A stretch of 64,000 bases of DNA from Marmoricola sp. (GCA_025965195.1 JAOPXK010000112.1:6-64005); one strand, 5' to 3'. Shown: positions 1 through 11,803, counted from the first letter of the stretch. A program made the numbers and translations. Notes: generated by a model not told the origin, from the sequence alone.

Positions 1-725
1 AGCATGGGGTTCGCGAGGACTCCGATCGCTCGTGCCCGCAGCTGGTCGAGGGTCTCGACAGTCTCCGAGTCGGCGCCCTGTTCAGCGAGGATCCGGGCGA
101 TCTGGTCGGCCATCGCGGCGAAGCGGTGCACGTCGGCGGCATCGGCCCGTGCGGTCAGCGACCTGAGACCGTGGTCGATACGGTGCCCGGCATGGACGAA
201 CCGATGCCGGCTGGCCTCCTCGGCCTTCGCGTCGGATGCAGCCTGATCGGCCTCGATCACCCGAGCCTCGACGAGACCGAGCAGCCGGCCCGGCGGCAAC
301 GAACCGAGAGCCTCGAGGATGGCCGTATCAACCTGACCCGCCTGCGCCCGGGTCAGCTCACGGGTGGCCTTCGCGATCTTCCGCCCGACCCACGCCTCGA
401 GCGTCAAGGACCGGACCGCCTCCCAGGTGTTCGGGAGCCGGTCGATCAGGTCGATCGCGTCCGCCATCAGATGCTGGGCCGTCAGCGGATGCAGCTCGAG
501 GCTGATGCCGAGCTCGGCTGCGGCGTACTCATAGATGTCGGTGCCCTCGGCCCCGAGCGAGATCCAGGTCCAACCTGAGCGCTGGTCGTTGGGTGAACGA
601 CGGTGAAGCTGAGCCCACTCATAGGCCAGTTCGAGACGCTCTGCCCCGGCAGCTCTGCTGTGCCGCAGGTTCTCCTCCGCACGCGCCAGCACCCGTTCAG
701 CGCTGGTCGTGTCCGACGAGTTCAT
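1..725 (-). CDS. DUF222 / HNH endonuclease-associated (13E12-repeat-like) protein, 5' part; runs off the window edge
   Basis: Hand translation of the minus strand from ATG at 725: MNSSDTTSAERVLARAEENLRHSRAAGAERLELAYEWAQLH...YAAAELGISLELHPLTAQHLMADAIDLIDRLPNTWEAV...LDQLRARAIGVLANP. The frame is open to base 1 and resembles actinobacterial DUF222 N-termini. The HNH domain itself is not visible. Not in the ORF track. Confidence 0.75.
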   Translation of the reverse strand, partial: MNSSDTTSAERVLARAEENLRHSRAAGAERLELAYEWAQLHRRSPNDQRSGWTWISLGAEGTDIYEYAAAELGISLELHPLTAQHLMADAIDLIDRLPNTWEAVRSLTLEAWVGRKIAKATRELTRAQAGQVDTAILEALGSLPPGRLLGLVEARVIEADQAASDAKAEEASRHRFVHAGHRIDHGLRSLTARADAADVHRFAAMADQIARILAEQGADSETVETLDQLRARAIGVLANPM

Positions 726-731
726 AGAGCC

Positions 732-760
732 ACGTTACTCGAACATACGTTCGATGTCAA
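732..760 (-). promoter_or_regulatory. SigA-type promoter with a LexA (SOS) box in its spacer
   Basis: Minus strand TTGACA (760-755), 17 nt, TAACGT (737-732). The spacer holds the perfect actinobacterial SOS box TCGAAC-N4-GTTCGA (739-754). ATG lies 7 nt after the -10, consistent with a leaderless transcript. Confidence 0.85.
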
Positions 761-856
761 GCACATTCGACACGGCCTGGGGCTCGCTGGATGCCTGCCC
801 GACGGCATCAGCAACCCCGGGGGCGCCGGTGGTCCTGGAGTGCCCGGCCGGCCTGC

Positions 857-1798
857 TCAGCCCTTGATCAGCGGGTCGAGCGCCACTGCCACGAAGAGCA
901 GGGAGAGATACATGTTCGACCAGTGGAAGAGCCGCATCGGCTTGACCACGGTGAGCTCGTCGCTCGTGCGGGCACGGGCCCACATCAGGTGCGCCTCGAC
1001 GAGGAACGCAGCGCCCAGCACGATGGCGACCACGGGGTAGACGATCCCGGTGTTGGCGATCGGCCACAGCGCCAGCGAGACGGCCACCATCACCCACGAG
1101 TAGGCCACGATCTGCTTGGCCACGGCCTCAGCGTTGCGGCGTACCGGAAGCATGGGTACGTCGACCCGCGCATAGTCCTCGCGGTAACGCATCGCCAGCG
1201 CCCAGGTGTGGGGCGGGGTCCAGAAGAACACCACCAGGAAGAGCACGACCGGGGGCCACGCCAAGTGGTTGGTGACGGCGGTCCAGCCGATCAGCGCCGG
1301 GAAGCAGCCGGCCAGTCCGCCCCATACGATGTTCTGGGTCGTCCGGCGCTTCAGGATCATCGTGTAGACGAAGAGGTAGAACGCGGACGCCGCGAGCGCG
1401 AGACCCGACGAGAGCCAGTTCACGAAGAAGCCGAGCACCAGTGTCGAGACGACGACCAGCGCCATCCCGAAGATGAAGGCCGCCTTCGGCGTCACCATGT
1501 GACGAGGCAGCGCCCGCCGGCGGGTGCGTCGCATGTGCTCGTCGATGTCGCGGTCATAGACGCAGTTGAGGGCGTTCGCGCTACCGGCCGACAGGGTGCC
1601 GCCGAGGACGGTGGCGACCACCAGCTCGAGCGACGGGACACCACGCTGGGCGAAGAACATGACCGGCACCGTGGTCAGCAACAGCAGCTCGATCACCCGA
1701 GGCTTGGTGAGACCGACGTACGCAGCGACCACGTCGCGCAACGTGGGGTCTTCCGAGGTCTGTCCGGTGACGGACGCCTGGGAGTCGACCGCGGTCAC
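857..1798 (-). CDS. ctaB: heme o synthase (protoheme IX farnesyltransferase)
   Basis: [29 protein letters not shown] and [11 protein letters not shown] motifs; polytopic membrane protein; divergent from tkt as usual in actinobacteria. Confidence 0.95.
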   Translation of the reverse strand: MTAVDSQASVTGQTSEDPTLRDVVAAYVGLTKPRVIELLLLTTVPVMFFAQRGVPSLELVVATVLGGTLSAGSANALNCVYDRDIDEHMRRTRRRALPRHMVTPKAAFIFGMALVVVSTLVLGFFVNWLSSGLALAASAFYLFVYTMILKRRTTQNIVWGGLAGCFPALIGWTAVTNHLAWPPVVLFLVVFFWTPPHTWALAMRYREDYARVDVPMLPVRRNAEAVAKQIVAYSWVMVAVSLALWPIANTGIVYPVVAIVLGAAFLVEAHLMWARARTSDELTVVKPMRLFHWSNMYLSLLFVAVALDPLIKG

Positions 1799-2065
1799 AC
1801 ACGCCTCGCCTTCGTTGCTTGCTGGGCTCCCCCGGATCTTGCAACAGGGGCTAGCGCAGTGTATCTGCGCCCGGCTGGGCCCTCCGACCCGGACCGGCCA
1901 TCCGTCATGTGATGTCTGTCCCGGGCGCCACGAGGGTAGGTGCCGGTCATCGCCGGGCGTGAGTAGGCTCGGATGTGACGGGCCACAGCGCCCCGAAACA
2001 GACGTTGAAAGTCGCGAGACAGAGCTTCATTCGCGAGACCGTGCACCTGAGAGGAACCTGCTGCC

Positions 2066-4159
2066 TTGACCAGCAACCGAGCCCCGTTGGAGTGGACCGA
2101 CCTCGACAAGCGTGCGGTCGACACCGCACGTTGTCTGGCCATGGACGCCGTCCAGAAGGTCGGCAATGGCCACCCCGGTACGGCGATGAGCCTTGCGCCC
2201 GTTGCGTACCTCCTGTTCCAGAAGCGGATGCGCCACAACCCCGCCGACCCTGCCTGGACCGGTCGTGACCGGTTCGTGCTCTCGTGCGGACACTCCTCGA
2301 TCACGCTGTACACACAGCTCTTCCTGGGCGGCTGGGGCCTCGAGCTCGACGACCTGAAGAGCCTGCGCACCTGGGGCTCCAGGACTCCCGGTCACCCCGA
2401 GCACGGCCACACCGCCGGCGTCGAGACCACCACCGGTCCGTTGGGTCAGGGCGTCGCCAACGCAGTCGGCATGGCTGCGGCCGCCCGCCGCGAGCGTGGC
2501 CTCTTCGACCCGAGGTCGCAGGCCAGCCCCTTCGACCACCAGATCTATGCGATCTGCAGCGACGGCGACCTCGAGGAGGGCGTGTCCGCCGAGGCATCGT
2601 CGTGGGCCGGTCACCAGCAGCTCGGCAACCTGACGCTGATCTACGACGCCAACCAGATCAGCATCGAAGGCAACACGAACATCGCCTTCACCGAGGACGT
2701 CGGCAAGCGCTTCGAGGCCTACGGCTGGCACGTCCAGCACGTCGACTGGACCAACGGCGGCAAGGAGTACGTCGAGGACGTGCCCGAGCTGTGGACCGCC
2801 CTCGACAAGGCCGAGGCGGTCACCGACCAGCCCAGTCTGATCGTGATGCACACCATCATCGCGTGGCCCGCACCCGACGCCCAGAACACCGGAGCCGCCC
2901 ACGGGTCCGCGCTCGGTGCTGCCGAGGTCGCGGCAACGAAGAAGGTGCTGGGCTTCGACCCGGACAAGCTCTTCGACATCTCCGACGACGTCCTGGCCCA
3001 CACCCGCTCGCTGATCGAGCGTGGCAAGGCCCAGCAGGCCGAGTGGCACAAGGACTTCGACAAGTGGGCCTCATCGCACACCGAGGCGAAGGCACTCTTC
3101 GACCGGATGTCGACCCGGTCGCTGCCCAGCGGCTGGCAGGATGCGCTTCCGACGTACGACGCGGACCCGAAGGGTGTCGCCACTCGCAAGGCCTCCGGCG
3201 CCGTACTCAGTGCGATCGCGCCGCTGCTCCCCGAGATCTGGGGCGGTTCAGCAGATCTGGCCGAGTCCAACAACACCACGCCGGAGGGTGAGCCCTCGTT
3301 CACACCCGACGCGTGGCAGACGTCGGAGTGGAGCGGCAACCCCTACGGCCGCGTCATGCACTTCGGCATCCGCGAGCACGCGATGGGTTCGATCATGAAC
3401 GGCGTCGCGCTGCACGGTGGCACCCGTGTGTACGGCGGCACCTTCCTGGTGTTCTCCGACTACATGCGCCCGGCCGTCCGGCTGGCCGCGGTGATGAAGC
3501 TGCCCGTCACCTACGTCTGGACCCACGACTCGATCGGTCTCGGCGAGGACGGCCCCACGCACCAGCCGGTCGAGCACCTCGCCGCACTGCGCGCGATCCC
3601 GGGCCTCGACGTGGTCCGTCCCGGTGACGCCAACGAGACCGTCGCTGCCTGGAAGGCGATCCTCGAAAACACCGACCGACCCGCAGGCCTCGCTCTGACC
3701 CGGCAGAACATCCCGACGTATCCCCGTGGCGCCGAGGGCTTCGCAACCACCGAGGGTGTCGCCAGGGGTGGCTACGTGCTGATCGACGCCGAGGGCGAGC
3801 CCGACGTGGTCCTGATCGGCACCGGCTCAGAGGTCCAGCTCGCAGTGGAGGCCCGCAACCAGCTCGCCGCGAAGGACATCGATGCCCGCGTCGTGTCGAT
3901 GCCGTGCATCGAGTGGTTCCACGAGCAGGACCAGGCCTACCGCGACTCCGTCATCCCGCCGAAGGTCAAGGCGCGCGTCAGTGTCGAGGCCGGCGTCGCT
4001 CAGGGTTGGCGCGACATCGTGGGCGATGCGGGGCGCAGCATCTCGCTCGAGCACTTCGGAGCGTCTGCCGACTTCGCCACCATCTACCAGGAGTTCGGCA
4101 TCACCGCCGAGGCCGTCACCCTGGCGGCCGAAGAAAGCATCCGGGCAGCCAACTCATAG
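2066..4159 (+). CDS. tkt: transketolase
   Basis: [36 protein letters not shown] and [16 protein letters not shown] motifs. Confidence 0.97.
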   Translation: MTSNRAPLEWTDLDKRAVDTARCLAMDAVQKVGNGHPGTAMSLAPVAYLLFQKRMRHNPADPAWTGRDRFVLSCGHSSITLYTQLFLGGWGLELDDLKSLRTWGSRTPGHPEHGHTAGVETTTGPLGQGVANAVGMAAAARRERGLFDPRSQASPFDHQIYAICSDGDLEEGVSAEASSWAGHQQLGNLTLIYDANQISIEGNTNIAFTEDVGKRFEAYGWHVQHVDWTNGGKEYVEDVPELWTALDKAEAVTDQPSLIVMHTIIAWPAPDAQNTGAAHGSALGAAEVAATKKVLGFDPDKLFDISDDVLAHTRSLIERGKAQQAEWHKDFDKWASSHTEAKALFDRMSTRSLPSGWQDALPTYDADPKGVATRKASGAVLSAIAPLLPEIWGGSADLAESNNTTPEGEPSFTPDAWQTSEWSGNPYGRVMHFGIREHAMGSIMNGVALHGGTRVYGGTFLVFSDYMRPAVRLAAVMKLPVTYVWTHDSIGLGEDGPTHQPVEHLAALRAIPGLDVVRPGDANETVAAWKAILENTDRPAGLALTRQNIPTYPRGAEGFATTEGVARGGYVLIDAEGEPDVVLIGTGSEVQLAVEARNQLAAKDIDARVVSMPCIEWFHEQDQAYRDSVIPPKVKARVSVEAGVAQGWRDIVGDAGRSISLEHFGASADFATIYQEFGITAEAVTLAAEESIRAANS

Positions 4160-4212
4160 GCAGGCCGGATACACCAGCCAGATCGAGCAGTACGCAACTT
4201 GGGAGGCAGAAC

Positions 4213-5313
4213 ATGTCAGAACGACTGCAGCAGCTAGCGGAGGCTGGGGTCTCCATCTGGCTCGACGACCTGTCGCGGGAGCGGCTCGAGACCGGCAACC
4301 TCGCCGACCTCGTGAAGAACAGCTCCGTGGTGGGTGTCACCACCAACCCGTCGATCTTCGCCGCGGCCCTGGCCAACGGTGAGCGCTACGACGACCAGGT
4401 CCGCCAGCTCGCCGCCGAGGGCGCCGACGTCGACAAAACGGTGTTCGCCCTGACCACGACCGACGTACGCGATGCGTGTGACGTGCTCCGGCCGACGTAC
4501 GACGCCACCAACGGCGTCGATGGCCGGGTCTCCATCGAGGTCACTCCCGGAGTGGCGCACGACACGGACGCCACCGTCGCCCAGGCCAAGGAGCTCTGGC
4601 AGGCGGTCGACCGGCCCAATGCCTACATCAAGATCCCCGGCACCACCGAAGGCTGCCCGGCGATCACCGCGACACTCGCCGAGGGCATCAGCGTCAACGT
4701 GACCCTGATCTTCGGACTGGGCCGCTACCAGGACGTGATGGAGGCGTTCATCGCCGGCATCGAACAGGCCAAGGCAAACGGCCACGACCTGTCCACGATC
4801 CACTCGGTCGCGTCGTTCTTCGTGTCCCGGGTGGACACCGAGATCGATGCCCGCCTCGACAAGGCGGGAGCCGACGCAGCGTTGAAGGGCAAGGCCGGCA
4901 TCGCGAACGCCCGCCTTGCCTACAAGGCATTCGAGGAGTTCTTCGCAAGCGAGCGCTGGTCGGTGCTCGCGGCCGCCGGCGGTAACCGGCAGCGGCCGCT
5001 GTGGGCCTCGACGGGGGTCAAGAACCCGGACTACGACGACACGATGTACGTCGTCGACCTCGTCGTCGAGGACACCGTCAACACGATGCCGCAGAAGACC
5101 CTCGAGGCCGTTGCCGACCATGGCGAGGTCAAGGGCGACCAGGTCCGGCCGAACTACGCTGACGCCGAGCAGGTGATGGCGTCGCTCAAGGCCGCCGGCA
5201 TCGACTACGACGACGTGATCGACACCCTCGAGACCGAGGGCGTCGACAAGTTCGTCAAGTCGTGGCAGGACCTGCTGGCGACGGTCCAGAAGAGCCTGGA
5301 CGCGTCGGCGTGA
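4213..5313 (+). CDS. tal: transaldolase
   Basis: Start at [11 protein letters not shown] after GGAGG; [32 protein letters not shown] and RPLWASTG motifs. Confidence 0.95.
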   Translation: MSERLQQLAEAGVSIWLDDLSRERLETGNLADLVKNSSVVGVTTNPSIFAAALANGERYDDQVRQLAAEGADVDKTVFALTTTDVRDACDVLRPTYDATNGVDGRVSIEVTPGVAHDTDATVAQAKELWQAVDRPNAYIKIPGTTEGCPAITATLAEGISVNVTLIFGLGRYQDVMEAFIAGIEQAKANGHDLSTIHSVASFFVSRVDTEIDARLDKAGADAALKGKAGIANARLAYKAFEEFFASERWSVLAAAGGNRQRPLWASTGVKNPDYDDTMYVVDLVVEDTVNTMPQKTLEAVADHGEVKGDQVRPNYADAEQVMASLKAAGIDYDDVIDTLETEGVDKFVKSWQDLLATVQKSLDASA

Positions 5314-6977
5314 CGGACTGGAGCAGCACCTCGGGTGTCGGCGCAGGTGGGATGAACTGCGAGCTCCACTTCGGATACCGCGACGAGTCGGCCTACGTTG
5401 CCGCGGTACAACAGCTCGTCGAGGACAAGGTGGCTTCGCAGATCGCCGTGCGCACGCCGACGCTGTGGGGCCCCGCCGCCGAGCCGGAGTCGGCCAAGCG
5501 GCTGGCCTGGGTCGGGCTGGCCGAGGAGTCACGACCGCTGGTCTTCGAGATCGCGGAGCTGAAGGCGAAGCTCAACGAGGCCGGCCTCGACCACGTGGTG
5601 CTCTGCGGCATGGGTGGCTCCTCGCTCGCCCCGGAGGTGATCTGTCGGACCGACGACGTCGAGCTGACGGTCCTCGACTCCTCGGATCCCGACTACGTCC
5701 GGGCCGCCCTGGGCGACCGGCTGGAGCGCTCCATCGTGGTCGTCTCCAGCAAGTCCGGCGGCACGGTCGAGACCGACAGCCAGCGACGTGCGTATGAGAA
5801 GGCGCTGACCGGCATCGGCCGCAAGCCGGCCGACCACATCGTCGTCGTGACCGATCCCGGCTCACCGCTCGACACCTCCGCGACCGCGGCCGGCTACACG
5901 GTCTTCCACGCCAACCCCGATGTCGGTGGTCGCTACTCCGCACTGACCGCGTTCGGACTGGTTCCCAGTGGGCTCGCCGGCGCCGACATCGACCGGCTGC
6001 TCGGCGAGGCCGCGGCCATCCAGGACGCACTCGAGTCCGATGACGTCGAGAACCCGGGCCTCCGCCTCGGCGCGCTGCTCGGTGTCGCCAACCGGGCAGG
6101 TGCCGACAAGGTGGTTCTGGCCGAGCACGGTTCCGGAATCGTCGGCTTCGGCGACTGGGCCGAGCAGCTGATCGCGGAGTCCACGGGCAAGGACGGCAAG
6201 GGCATCCTGCCGGTCGTCGTACCCGATGTGAGTGCTCCCAACTTCGACCCCAACACCCCCGACGAGGTCCTGGTCACGATCGGTGACCTCTGCGACTCGG
6301 TCAGGCCCGCCTCCGGGTACGGCGCCTCCGTGAAGGCGCCACTCGGTGCGCAGATGCTCCTGTGGGAGTACGCCGTCGTGGTGGCGGGCCGGCTGATCGG
6401 GATCAACCCGTTCGACCAGCCGGACGTCGAGAGCGCCAAGGCCGCCGCCCGAGAGATGCTCGACGGCAAGGGCGAGAGCCCGAAGCCCGCGTTCAGCGAC
6501 GGACCCGTCGAGGTCTACGCCACCGAAGGGCTTCTCGGCGCGGACGTCGACACGGTGGCCGACGCCGTGGCTGCACTGCTCGCACAGCTCGACGACCAGC
6601 GTGGCTATCTCGCCGTGATGGCCTACCTCGACCGACTCGTCGACGCGCCTCTGGCGAGTGCGCGTGAGGCGCTGGCGAACAGGACCGGGCGGCCGACCAC
6701 CTTCGGCTGGGGACCACGGTTCCTGCACTCGACCGGGCAGTATCACAAGGGCGGACCGGCTGTCGGTGTCTTCCTGCAGGTCTCCACGACGCCCGACCAG
6801 GACCTGGAGGTGCCCGACCGGCCGTTCACGTTCGGCGGGTTCATCGCCTCCCAGGTCGCCGGCGATGCGGCCGTCCTGGCCCAGCACGGCAGGCCGGTGC
6901 TCAGGTTGCACCTGACCGACCACGACGCCGGGCTGGCCGTCGTACGCGAGGTGCTGCAAAGGAGCTCAGTGCGTTGA
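5310..6977 (+). CDS. pgi: glucose-6-phosphate isomerase
   Basis: [44 protein letters not shown] and [12 protein letters not shown] motifs; GTG start overlaps the tal stop (GTGA). Confidence 0.88.
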   Translation: MTDWSSTSGVGAGGMNCELHFGYRDESAYVAAVQQLVEDKVASQIAVRTPTLWGPAAEPESAKRLAWVGLAEESRPLVFEIAELKAKLNEAGLDHVVLCGMGGSSLAPEVICRTDDVELTVLDSSDPDYVRAALGDRLERSIVVVSSKSGGTVETDSQRRAYEKALTGIGRKPADHIVVVTDPGSPLDTSATAAGYTVFHANPDVGGRYSALTAFGLVPSGLAGADIDRLLGEAAAIQDALESDDVENPGLRLGALLGVANRAGADKVVLAEHGSGIVGFGDWAEQLIAESTGKDGKGILPVVVPDVSAPNFDPNTPDEVLVTIGDLCDSVRPASGYGASVKAPLGAQMLLWEYAVVVAGRLIGINPFDQPDVESAKAAAREMLDGKGESPKPAFSDGPVEVYATEGLLGADVDTVADAVAALLAQLDDQRGYLAVMAYLDRLVDAPLASAREALANRTGRPTTFGWGPRFLHSTGQYHKGGPAVGVFLQVSTTPDQDLEVPDRPFTFGGFIASQVAGDAAVLAQHGRPVLRLHLTDHDAGLAVVREVLQRSSVR

Positions 6978-8515
6978 CCAACATGTCCGCCGCACACTCG
7001 ACCAATCCACTGCGCGACCCACAGGACCGTCGGCTGCCCCAGATCGCTGGCCCCTGCGGGCTGGTGCTCTTCGGAGTCACCGGCGACCTGGCGCGCAAGA
7101 AGGTGATGCCTGCGATCTACGACCTCGCCAACCGTGGGCTGCTCCCGCCGGGCTTCAGCCTCGTCGGGTTCGCTCGCCGCGACTGGGCCAACGAGGACTT
7201 CGCCAAGGTCGTGCACGACTCGGTCCGGGAGAACTCCCGCACCGAGTTCCGCGAAGAGGTCTGGAAGCAGCTCGCCGAGGGCTTCCGGTTCGTCCCGGGT
7301 GACTTCTCCGACGACGTCGCCTTCGACAAGCTCCGGCAGACCATCGAGGAGCTCGACACCACCCGCGGCACCGGCGGCAACCACGCGTTCTACCTGGCGA
7401 TCCCGCCGTCCTTCTTCGGAGACGTGGTCGGCCAGCTCAAGGAGCACGGACTGTCCGAAGGCCCGGGCGACGCCTGGCGCCGGGTGGTCATCGAGAAGCC
7501 GTTCGGACACGACCTCGAGTCGGCGCGCGAGCTCAACAAGGTGCTCAGCGACGTCTTCCCGTCCGAGTCGGTCTTCCGGATCGACCACTATCTCGGCAAG
7601 GAGACCGTGCAGAACATCCTCGCGATGCGCTTCGCGAACGCCATGTTCGAGCCGCTGTGGAACTCCAACTATGTCGACCACGTGCAGATCACCATGGCCG
7701 AGGACATCGGCATCGGCAGCCGCGCCGGCTACTACGACGGCATCGGCTCCGCGCGTGACGTCATCCAGAACCACCTAATGCAGCTGATGGCGCTCGTCGC
7801 GATGGAGGAGCCGACGTCCTTCGACGCGGCATCGCTGCGGCTGGAGAAGCAGAAGGTGCTCTCGTCCGTCGTGCTCCCCAAGCGGCTGGACCTCACCACC
7901 GCCCGCGGGCAGTACGCCGCCGGGTGGGCCGGTGGCGAGGAGGTCGTCGGCTATCTCGACGAACAGGACATCCCACCCACGTCGACCACGGACACGTTCG
8001 CGGCGGTCAAGCTCAACATCGAGACCCGCAGGTGGGCCGGCGTGCCGTTCTACCTCCGCACCGGCAAGCGCCTGGGCCGACGGGTCACGGAGGTGGCTGT
8101 GGTCTTCAAGCGGGCCCCGCACCTGCCGTTCAGCTCGACCCAGACCGAAGAGCTCACCGAGAACGCCCTGGTGATCCGGATCCAGCCCGACGAGGGCATG
8201 ACCATCCGGTTCGGCTCGAAGGTCCCCGGCACCGCGATGGAGATTCGCGACGTGAACATGGACTTCGCCTACGGGGGCACCTTCACCGAGGTCAGCCCGG
8301 AGGCCTACGAGCGACTGATCCTCGATGTCCTCCTCGGCGACCCGCCGCTGTTCCCCCAGCACGAAGAGGTCGAGCTGTCCTGGCAGATCCTCGACCCCGT
8401 GCTGGCGCACTGGGCGAAGAAGGGCAAGCCCGAGCAGTACGAGCCGGGCGCCTGGGGTCCGGACTCTGCTCACGCAATGCTGGCCCGCGACGGCCGCACC
8501 TGGAGGCGACCATGA
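6974..8515 (+). CDS. zwf: glucose-6-phosphate 1-dehydrogenase
   Basis: FGVTGDLARKK, EKPFGHDL, RIDHYLGKETVQN and VPFYLRTGKR motifs; the start may be ATG 6983. Confidence 0.97.
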   Translation: MTNMSAAHSTNPLRDPQDRRLPQIAGPCGLVLFGVTGDLARKKVMPAIYDLANRGLLPPGFSLVGFARRDWANEDFAKVVHDSVRENSRTEFREEVWKQLAEGFRFVPGDFSDDVAFDKLRQTIEELDTTRGTGGNHAFYLAIPPSFFGDVVGQLKEHGLSEGPGDAWRRVVIEKPFGHDLESARELNKVLSDVFPSESVFRIDHYLGKETVQNILAMRFANAMFEPLWNSNYVDHVQITMAEDIGIGSRAGYYDGIGSARDVIQNHLMQLMALVAMEEPTSFDAASLRLEKQKVLSSVVLPKRLDLTTARGQYAAGWAGGEEVVGYLDEQDIPPTSTTDTFAAVKLNIETRRWAGVPFYLRTGKRLGRRVTEVAVVFKRAPHLPFSSTQTEELTENALVIRIQPDEGMTIRFGSKVPGTAMEIRDVNMDFAYGGTFTEVSPEAYERLILDVLLGDPPLFPQHEEVELSWQILDPVLAHWAKKGKPEQYEPGAWGPDSAHAMLARDGRTWRRP

Positions 8516-8567
8516 TCTCACCCCACAAGACCGCTCGCTGCGCTCCCGTTCTCGCGAGGACCCCGAG

Positions 8568-9479
8568 ATGATCGAACTGACCGACACCAACTCGTCGGCC
8601 ATCGCGGCAGCCTTCGTCCACGGTCGGACCCAGGCCGGCAGCCCTGCGATGGGCATGGTGATGACGCTGGTGATCGTCGTCGACGAGGACGTTGCCGACG
8701 ACGCCATGGAGGCGGCTCGCGCCGCCTCGCAGGAACACCCCGCCCGGGTGCTCGGCGTGATCGTCGGCGACGGCCGTGGCGCGGCTCATGTGAACGCCCA
8801 GGTCGGGATCGGCTCGGGCTGGATCGGTGAGACCGCACTCATCCGACTGTCCGGGCAGGTCGTCAAGCACGCCGACTCCGTCGTACTCCCGCTACTGCTT
8901 CCTGACTCCCCCGTCGCGGTCTGGTGGCCGTCGAACCCGCCGGCCGATCCGGCGGCAGACCCGCTCGGTGCGCTCGCGACCCGGCGGATCACCGATGCTG
9001 CTGCCGCGTCGTCGGGCAAGACGCTCGCGATCTACAGCCAGTGCGAGTCCTACGCGCCGGGCAACACCGACCTCGCGTGGACCCGGATCACCGCGTGGCG
9101 CGCGCTCCTCGCCGCGTCGCTCGACCAGCATCCGCTCAAGGTTCGTCGAGCCTCGATCACGTCCGAGCGGATCAGCCCGAGTGCCGACCTCCTCGGCGCG
9201 TGGCTCTCCGACCGGCTCAAGGTGCCGGTGGATCGCGCCAACTCCAGCGGGCCCGGCATCACCGAGGTCGTGCTCGAGACCAAGGAAGGTCCGATCCGGA
9301 TCACCCGCACCGACGGCAAGCTCGCCACGTTCTCCTCACCGGGGCGGCCGGACCGGCCGATCGCGCTCAAGCGGCGAGACCTGCCCGAGCTGCTGGCCGA
9401 GGAGCTCCGCCGGCTCGACGAGGACAACGTCTACGCCGCCACGGCCCGGCGACTGGTGGCTCTGGGGAAGAAGAAGTGA
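8568..9479 (+). CDS. opcA: G6PDH assembly protein OpcA
   Basis: MIELTDTNS start; HPARVLGV, PLLLPDSPVAVWWP, DLAWTRITAWR and LAEELRRLDED motifs; follows zwf. Confidence 0.92.
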   Translation: MIELTDTNSSAIAAAFVHGRTQAGSPAMGMVMTLVIVVDEDVADDAMEAARAASQEHPARVLGVIVGDGRGAAHVNAQVGIGSGWIGETALIRLSGQVVKHADSVVLPLLLPDSPVAVWWPSNPPADPAADPLGALATRRITDAAAASSGKTLAIYSQCESYAPGNTDLAWTRITAWRALLAASLDQHPLKVRRASITSERISPSADLLGAWLSDRLKVPVDRANSSGPGITEVVLETKEGPIRITRTDGKLATFSSPGRPDRPIALKRRDLPELLAEELRRLDEDNVYAATARRLVALGKKK

Positions 9480-10213
9480 CCGCACCCCGTACGTCGATCT
9501 CCGCCGATGCCGCGGGACTTGCCGATCAGGCGGCAGACGCCTTCATCAGCCGGCTCCTCAGCATCCAGGGCAGCGGCAGTGATCCTTCCGTCGTACTCAC
9601 TGGTGGCGGCATCGCCGACGAGATCCACCACCGCATCGCCACCCACCAGCGTGGGTCGGGTGTCGCCTGGGACCGGATCGACTTCTTCTGGGGTGACGAG
9701 CGCTTCGTCGCTGCCGACTCACCGGATCGCAACGAGGGGCAGGCTCGCGCCGCGCTCCTCGACCAGCTGCCCGTCGATCCGGCCCGGCTGCACCCGATGC
9801 CCGCCGAAGCCGGTGCCTACACCGGCCACCCGGAGGCTGCTGCCGCCGCCTACGCCTCGGAGCTCCAGGCGGTGCTCGGCGATCGCCCGTTCGACATCGT
9901 GATGCTCGGGGTCGGGCCCGACGGTCACTGCGCGTCGCTGTTCCCGGGCCAGGACCAGGTGCTCGCGACGGCCCCGGTGGTCGTCGTTCCGGAGTCACCC
10001 AAGCCGCCGCCGGTGCGGCTCTCGCTGACGCTCCCCCGGCTCTCGCACGCCGACGTGGTCTGGTTCGTGGCGTCGGGTCGGTCGAAGGCTGCTGCGGTCG
10101 CGGCCGCCCTGGATCCGGACGCCGAGCCGCTGCAGGTTCCGTCGGCAGGCCCGCGGGGACGCAAGGAGACGCTCTGGTTCCTCGATCAGGACTCGGCGTC
10201 GTCGCTCAGCTGA
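9476..10213 (+). CDS. pgl: 6-phosphogluconolactonase
   Basis: VLTGGGI, FFWGDERFV, DRNEGQA, LGVGPDGHCASLFPG and PKPPPVRLSLT motifs; GTG start overlaps the opcA stop. Confidence 0.95.
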   Translation: MTAPRTSISADAAGLADQAADAFISRLLSIQGSGSDPSVVLTGGGIADEIHHRIATHQRGSGVAWDRIDFFWGDERFVAADSPDRNEGQARAALLDQLPVDPARLHPMPAEAGAYTGHPEAAAAAYASELQAVLGDRPFDIVMLGVGPDGHCASLFPGQDQVLATAPVVVVPESPKPPPVRLSLTLPRLSHADVVWFVASGRSKAAAVAAALDPDAEPLQVPSAGPRGRKETLWFLDQDSASSLS

Positions 10214-11441
10214 TGCTTGCGACCCGTTCGGTCAGGTAGCTGCGCTCGGCATCGTTCGTGCAGAGCTCGATCGCGATCTGGTACGCCGCCACCGCGGCGG
10301 CAGGGTCGCCGGCGCGGTCGAGCAGCTCGCCACGGACCGCGTACAGCCGATGGTTCCGGGGCAGCTGCTCCTCCAGCCCTTCGAGCAGCGCCAGCCCGGC
10401 GTCCGGGCCCTTCAGCTCGGCGGCGGCGACGGCGCGGTTCAGCCGTACGACGGGCGACTGGGTGTGCGCCTCGAGGGCCTCGTAGTGCGCCTCGATCCGC
10501 TCCCAGTGCGTCTCCCCGGCGGTCGGCGCGACAGCGTGCTCCGCTGCGATCAGGGCCTGCAGGAAGTACGCCCGGCCTGCACCAGACGGCTCGACGGCAA
10601 GGTGGGGTTCCAGCAGCCCGAGGGCCTCGACGATCTCGTCGTGCTGCCAGCGCGACCGGTCCTGGTCGGGCAGCAGCACGATCCGGTTCGCCGAGACCCG
10701 GGCGTTGCGGCGGGAGTGCTGGAGCAGCATCAGCGCGAGCAAAGCGTCGATCACCGGCTGGGAGCCGGCCAGGTCCCGGACGACCCTGGCGAGGCGGATC
10801 GCCTCACCGGCAGTCTCCACGCGCAGCAGGTCCTCGCCGGTCGACGGTGCGTAGCCGGTCGTGAACGCGAGGTAGATGACCGCGGCGACGACCTCGAGAC
10901 GATCGGCCAGGGCCGTGCCTCCCGCCATCGCGAACGGCACTCCGGTGGCCGCGAGCTTCCGCTTCGCCCGGGTGAGCCGGGCAGCCATCGTTGCCTCGGA
11001 CACCAGGAACAGCCGGGCAACCTCCGCGGTCGGAACACCGAGCACCAGGCGGAGCGACAGCGCGCTCGCGGACTCGGGCGCCAATGAGGGGTGCGCACAC
11101 AGCAGCACCAGCCGCAGCCGTTCATCAGACAGCAGCCCGCCCGGATCGGCCATCGTGCTCTGCACCTCCTGTCGCAGCGACTCGTCGACGACGAGCATCG
11201 GCTCCTTCCGCGCCGCGACCGCCTCGGCCCGGAGCCGATCGAGGATCCGGCGGCGGGCCGCGGTCAGGAGCCAGGCCCCGGGATTGTCCGGTGGCCCGTC
11301 GACGGCCCAGTGCCGAGCCGCCGCTTCGAAGGCGTCGGCCAGCCCGTCCTCGGCAAGGTCAAGTCGCCGATAGCGCGCGACCAGCAGGGCCAGAAGTCGG
11401 CCCCACTGGTCGCGAAACGCTTCCTCGACGGCGCGCTGCAT
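10206..11441 (-). CDS. ECF sigma factor with C-terminal TPR-like extension (ECF42 type)
   Basis: Region 2 (DLAEDGLADAF...WLLTAARRRILDRLR), DERLRLVLLCAHPSL, RLTRAKRKL and TPR tail (YFLQALIAAEH, SPVVRLNRAVA); directly downstream of two YCII genes. Confidence 0.88.
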   Translation of the reverse strand: MQRAVEEAFRDQWGRLLALLVARYRRLDLAEDGLADAFEAAARHWAVDGPPDNPGAWLLTAARRRILDRLRAEAVAARKEPMLVVDESLRQEVQSTMADPGGLLSDERLRLVLLCAHPSLAPESASALSLRLVLGVPTAEVARLFLVSEATMAARLTRAKRKLAATGVPFAMAGGTALADRLEVVAAVIYLAFTTGYAPSTGEDLLRVETAGEAIRLARVVRDLAGSQPVIDALLALMLLQHSRRNARVSANRIVLLPDQDRSRWQHDEIVEALGLLEPHLAVEPSGAGRAYFLQALIAAEHAVAPTAGETHWERIEAHYEALEAHTQSPVVRLNRAVAAAELKGPDAGLALLEGLEEQLPRNHRLYAVRGELLDRAGDPAAAVAAYQIAIELCTNDAERSYLTERVASIS

Positions 11442-11803
11442 CAGTTCTGGTCGAAACCGTCGATCTGGATGACTGGCCGGATCTCCAGGCTGTACGCCGA
11501 GGGCAGCAGCTCGCACAGGCTCGTCATCACGTCGAGGTTGGCGGCCTCGATCAGGTAGAAGCCTCCGACGATCTCGGCGGACTCCGCGAACGGTCCGTCG
11601 GTCAGGACAGGTTTGCCGTCCACGTGACGCATCGTGGTGGCTGTCTCCGGCCCGGCGAGGGCCTCACCGGAGATCAGCTGGGCTCGTTGCTCGACGGCGT
11701 CGTGGAACGCCAGATGCGCCTGGTGGTAGGTCTTCTGGACCTCTTCAGAGGCGTCGGACCACACCGTCGGCTCGTAGGCGATCGTGACGAAGTAGCGCAT
11801 CAC
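11441..11803 (-). CDS. YCII-related (DGPF-motif) protein
   Basis: LTDGPFAESAEIVGGFYLI and EIRPV motifs. Confidence 0.9.
   Translation of the reverse strand: MMRYFVTIAYEPTVWSDASEEVQKTYHQAHLAFHDAVEQRAQLISGEALAGPETATTMRHVDGKPVLTDGPFAESAEIVGGFYLIEAANLDVMTSLCELLPSAYSLEIRPVIQIDGFDQN

Noticed and set aside
44-70. GGTCTCGACAG resembling the dispersed repeat inside the DUF222 gene
   Set aside because: Only 10-11 nt match before divergence, and it encodes the ordinary ETLDQLRA segment; likely chance.
1799-2065. Possible RNA gene or riboswitch in the ctaB-tkt spacer
   Set aside because: No tRNA cloverleaf or recognisable riboswitch core seen; consistent with divergent promoters.
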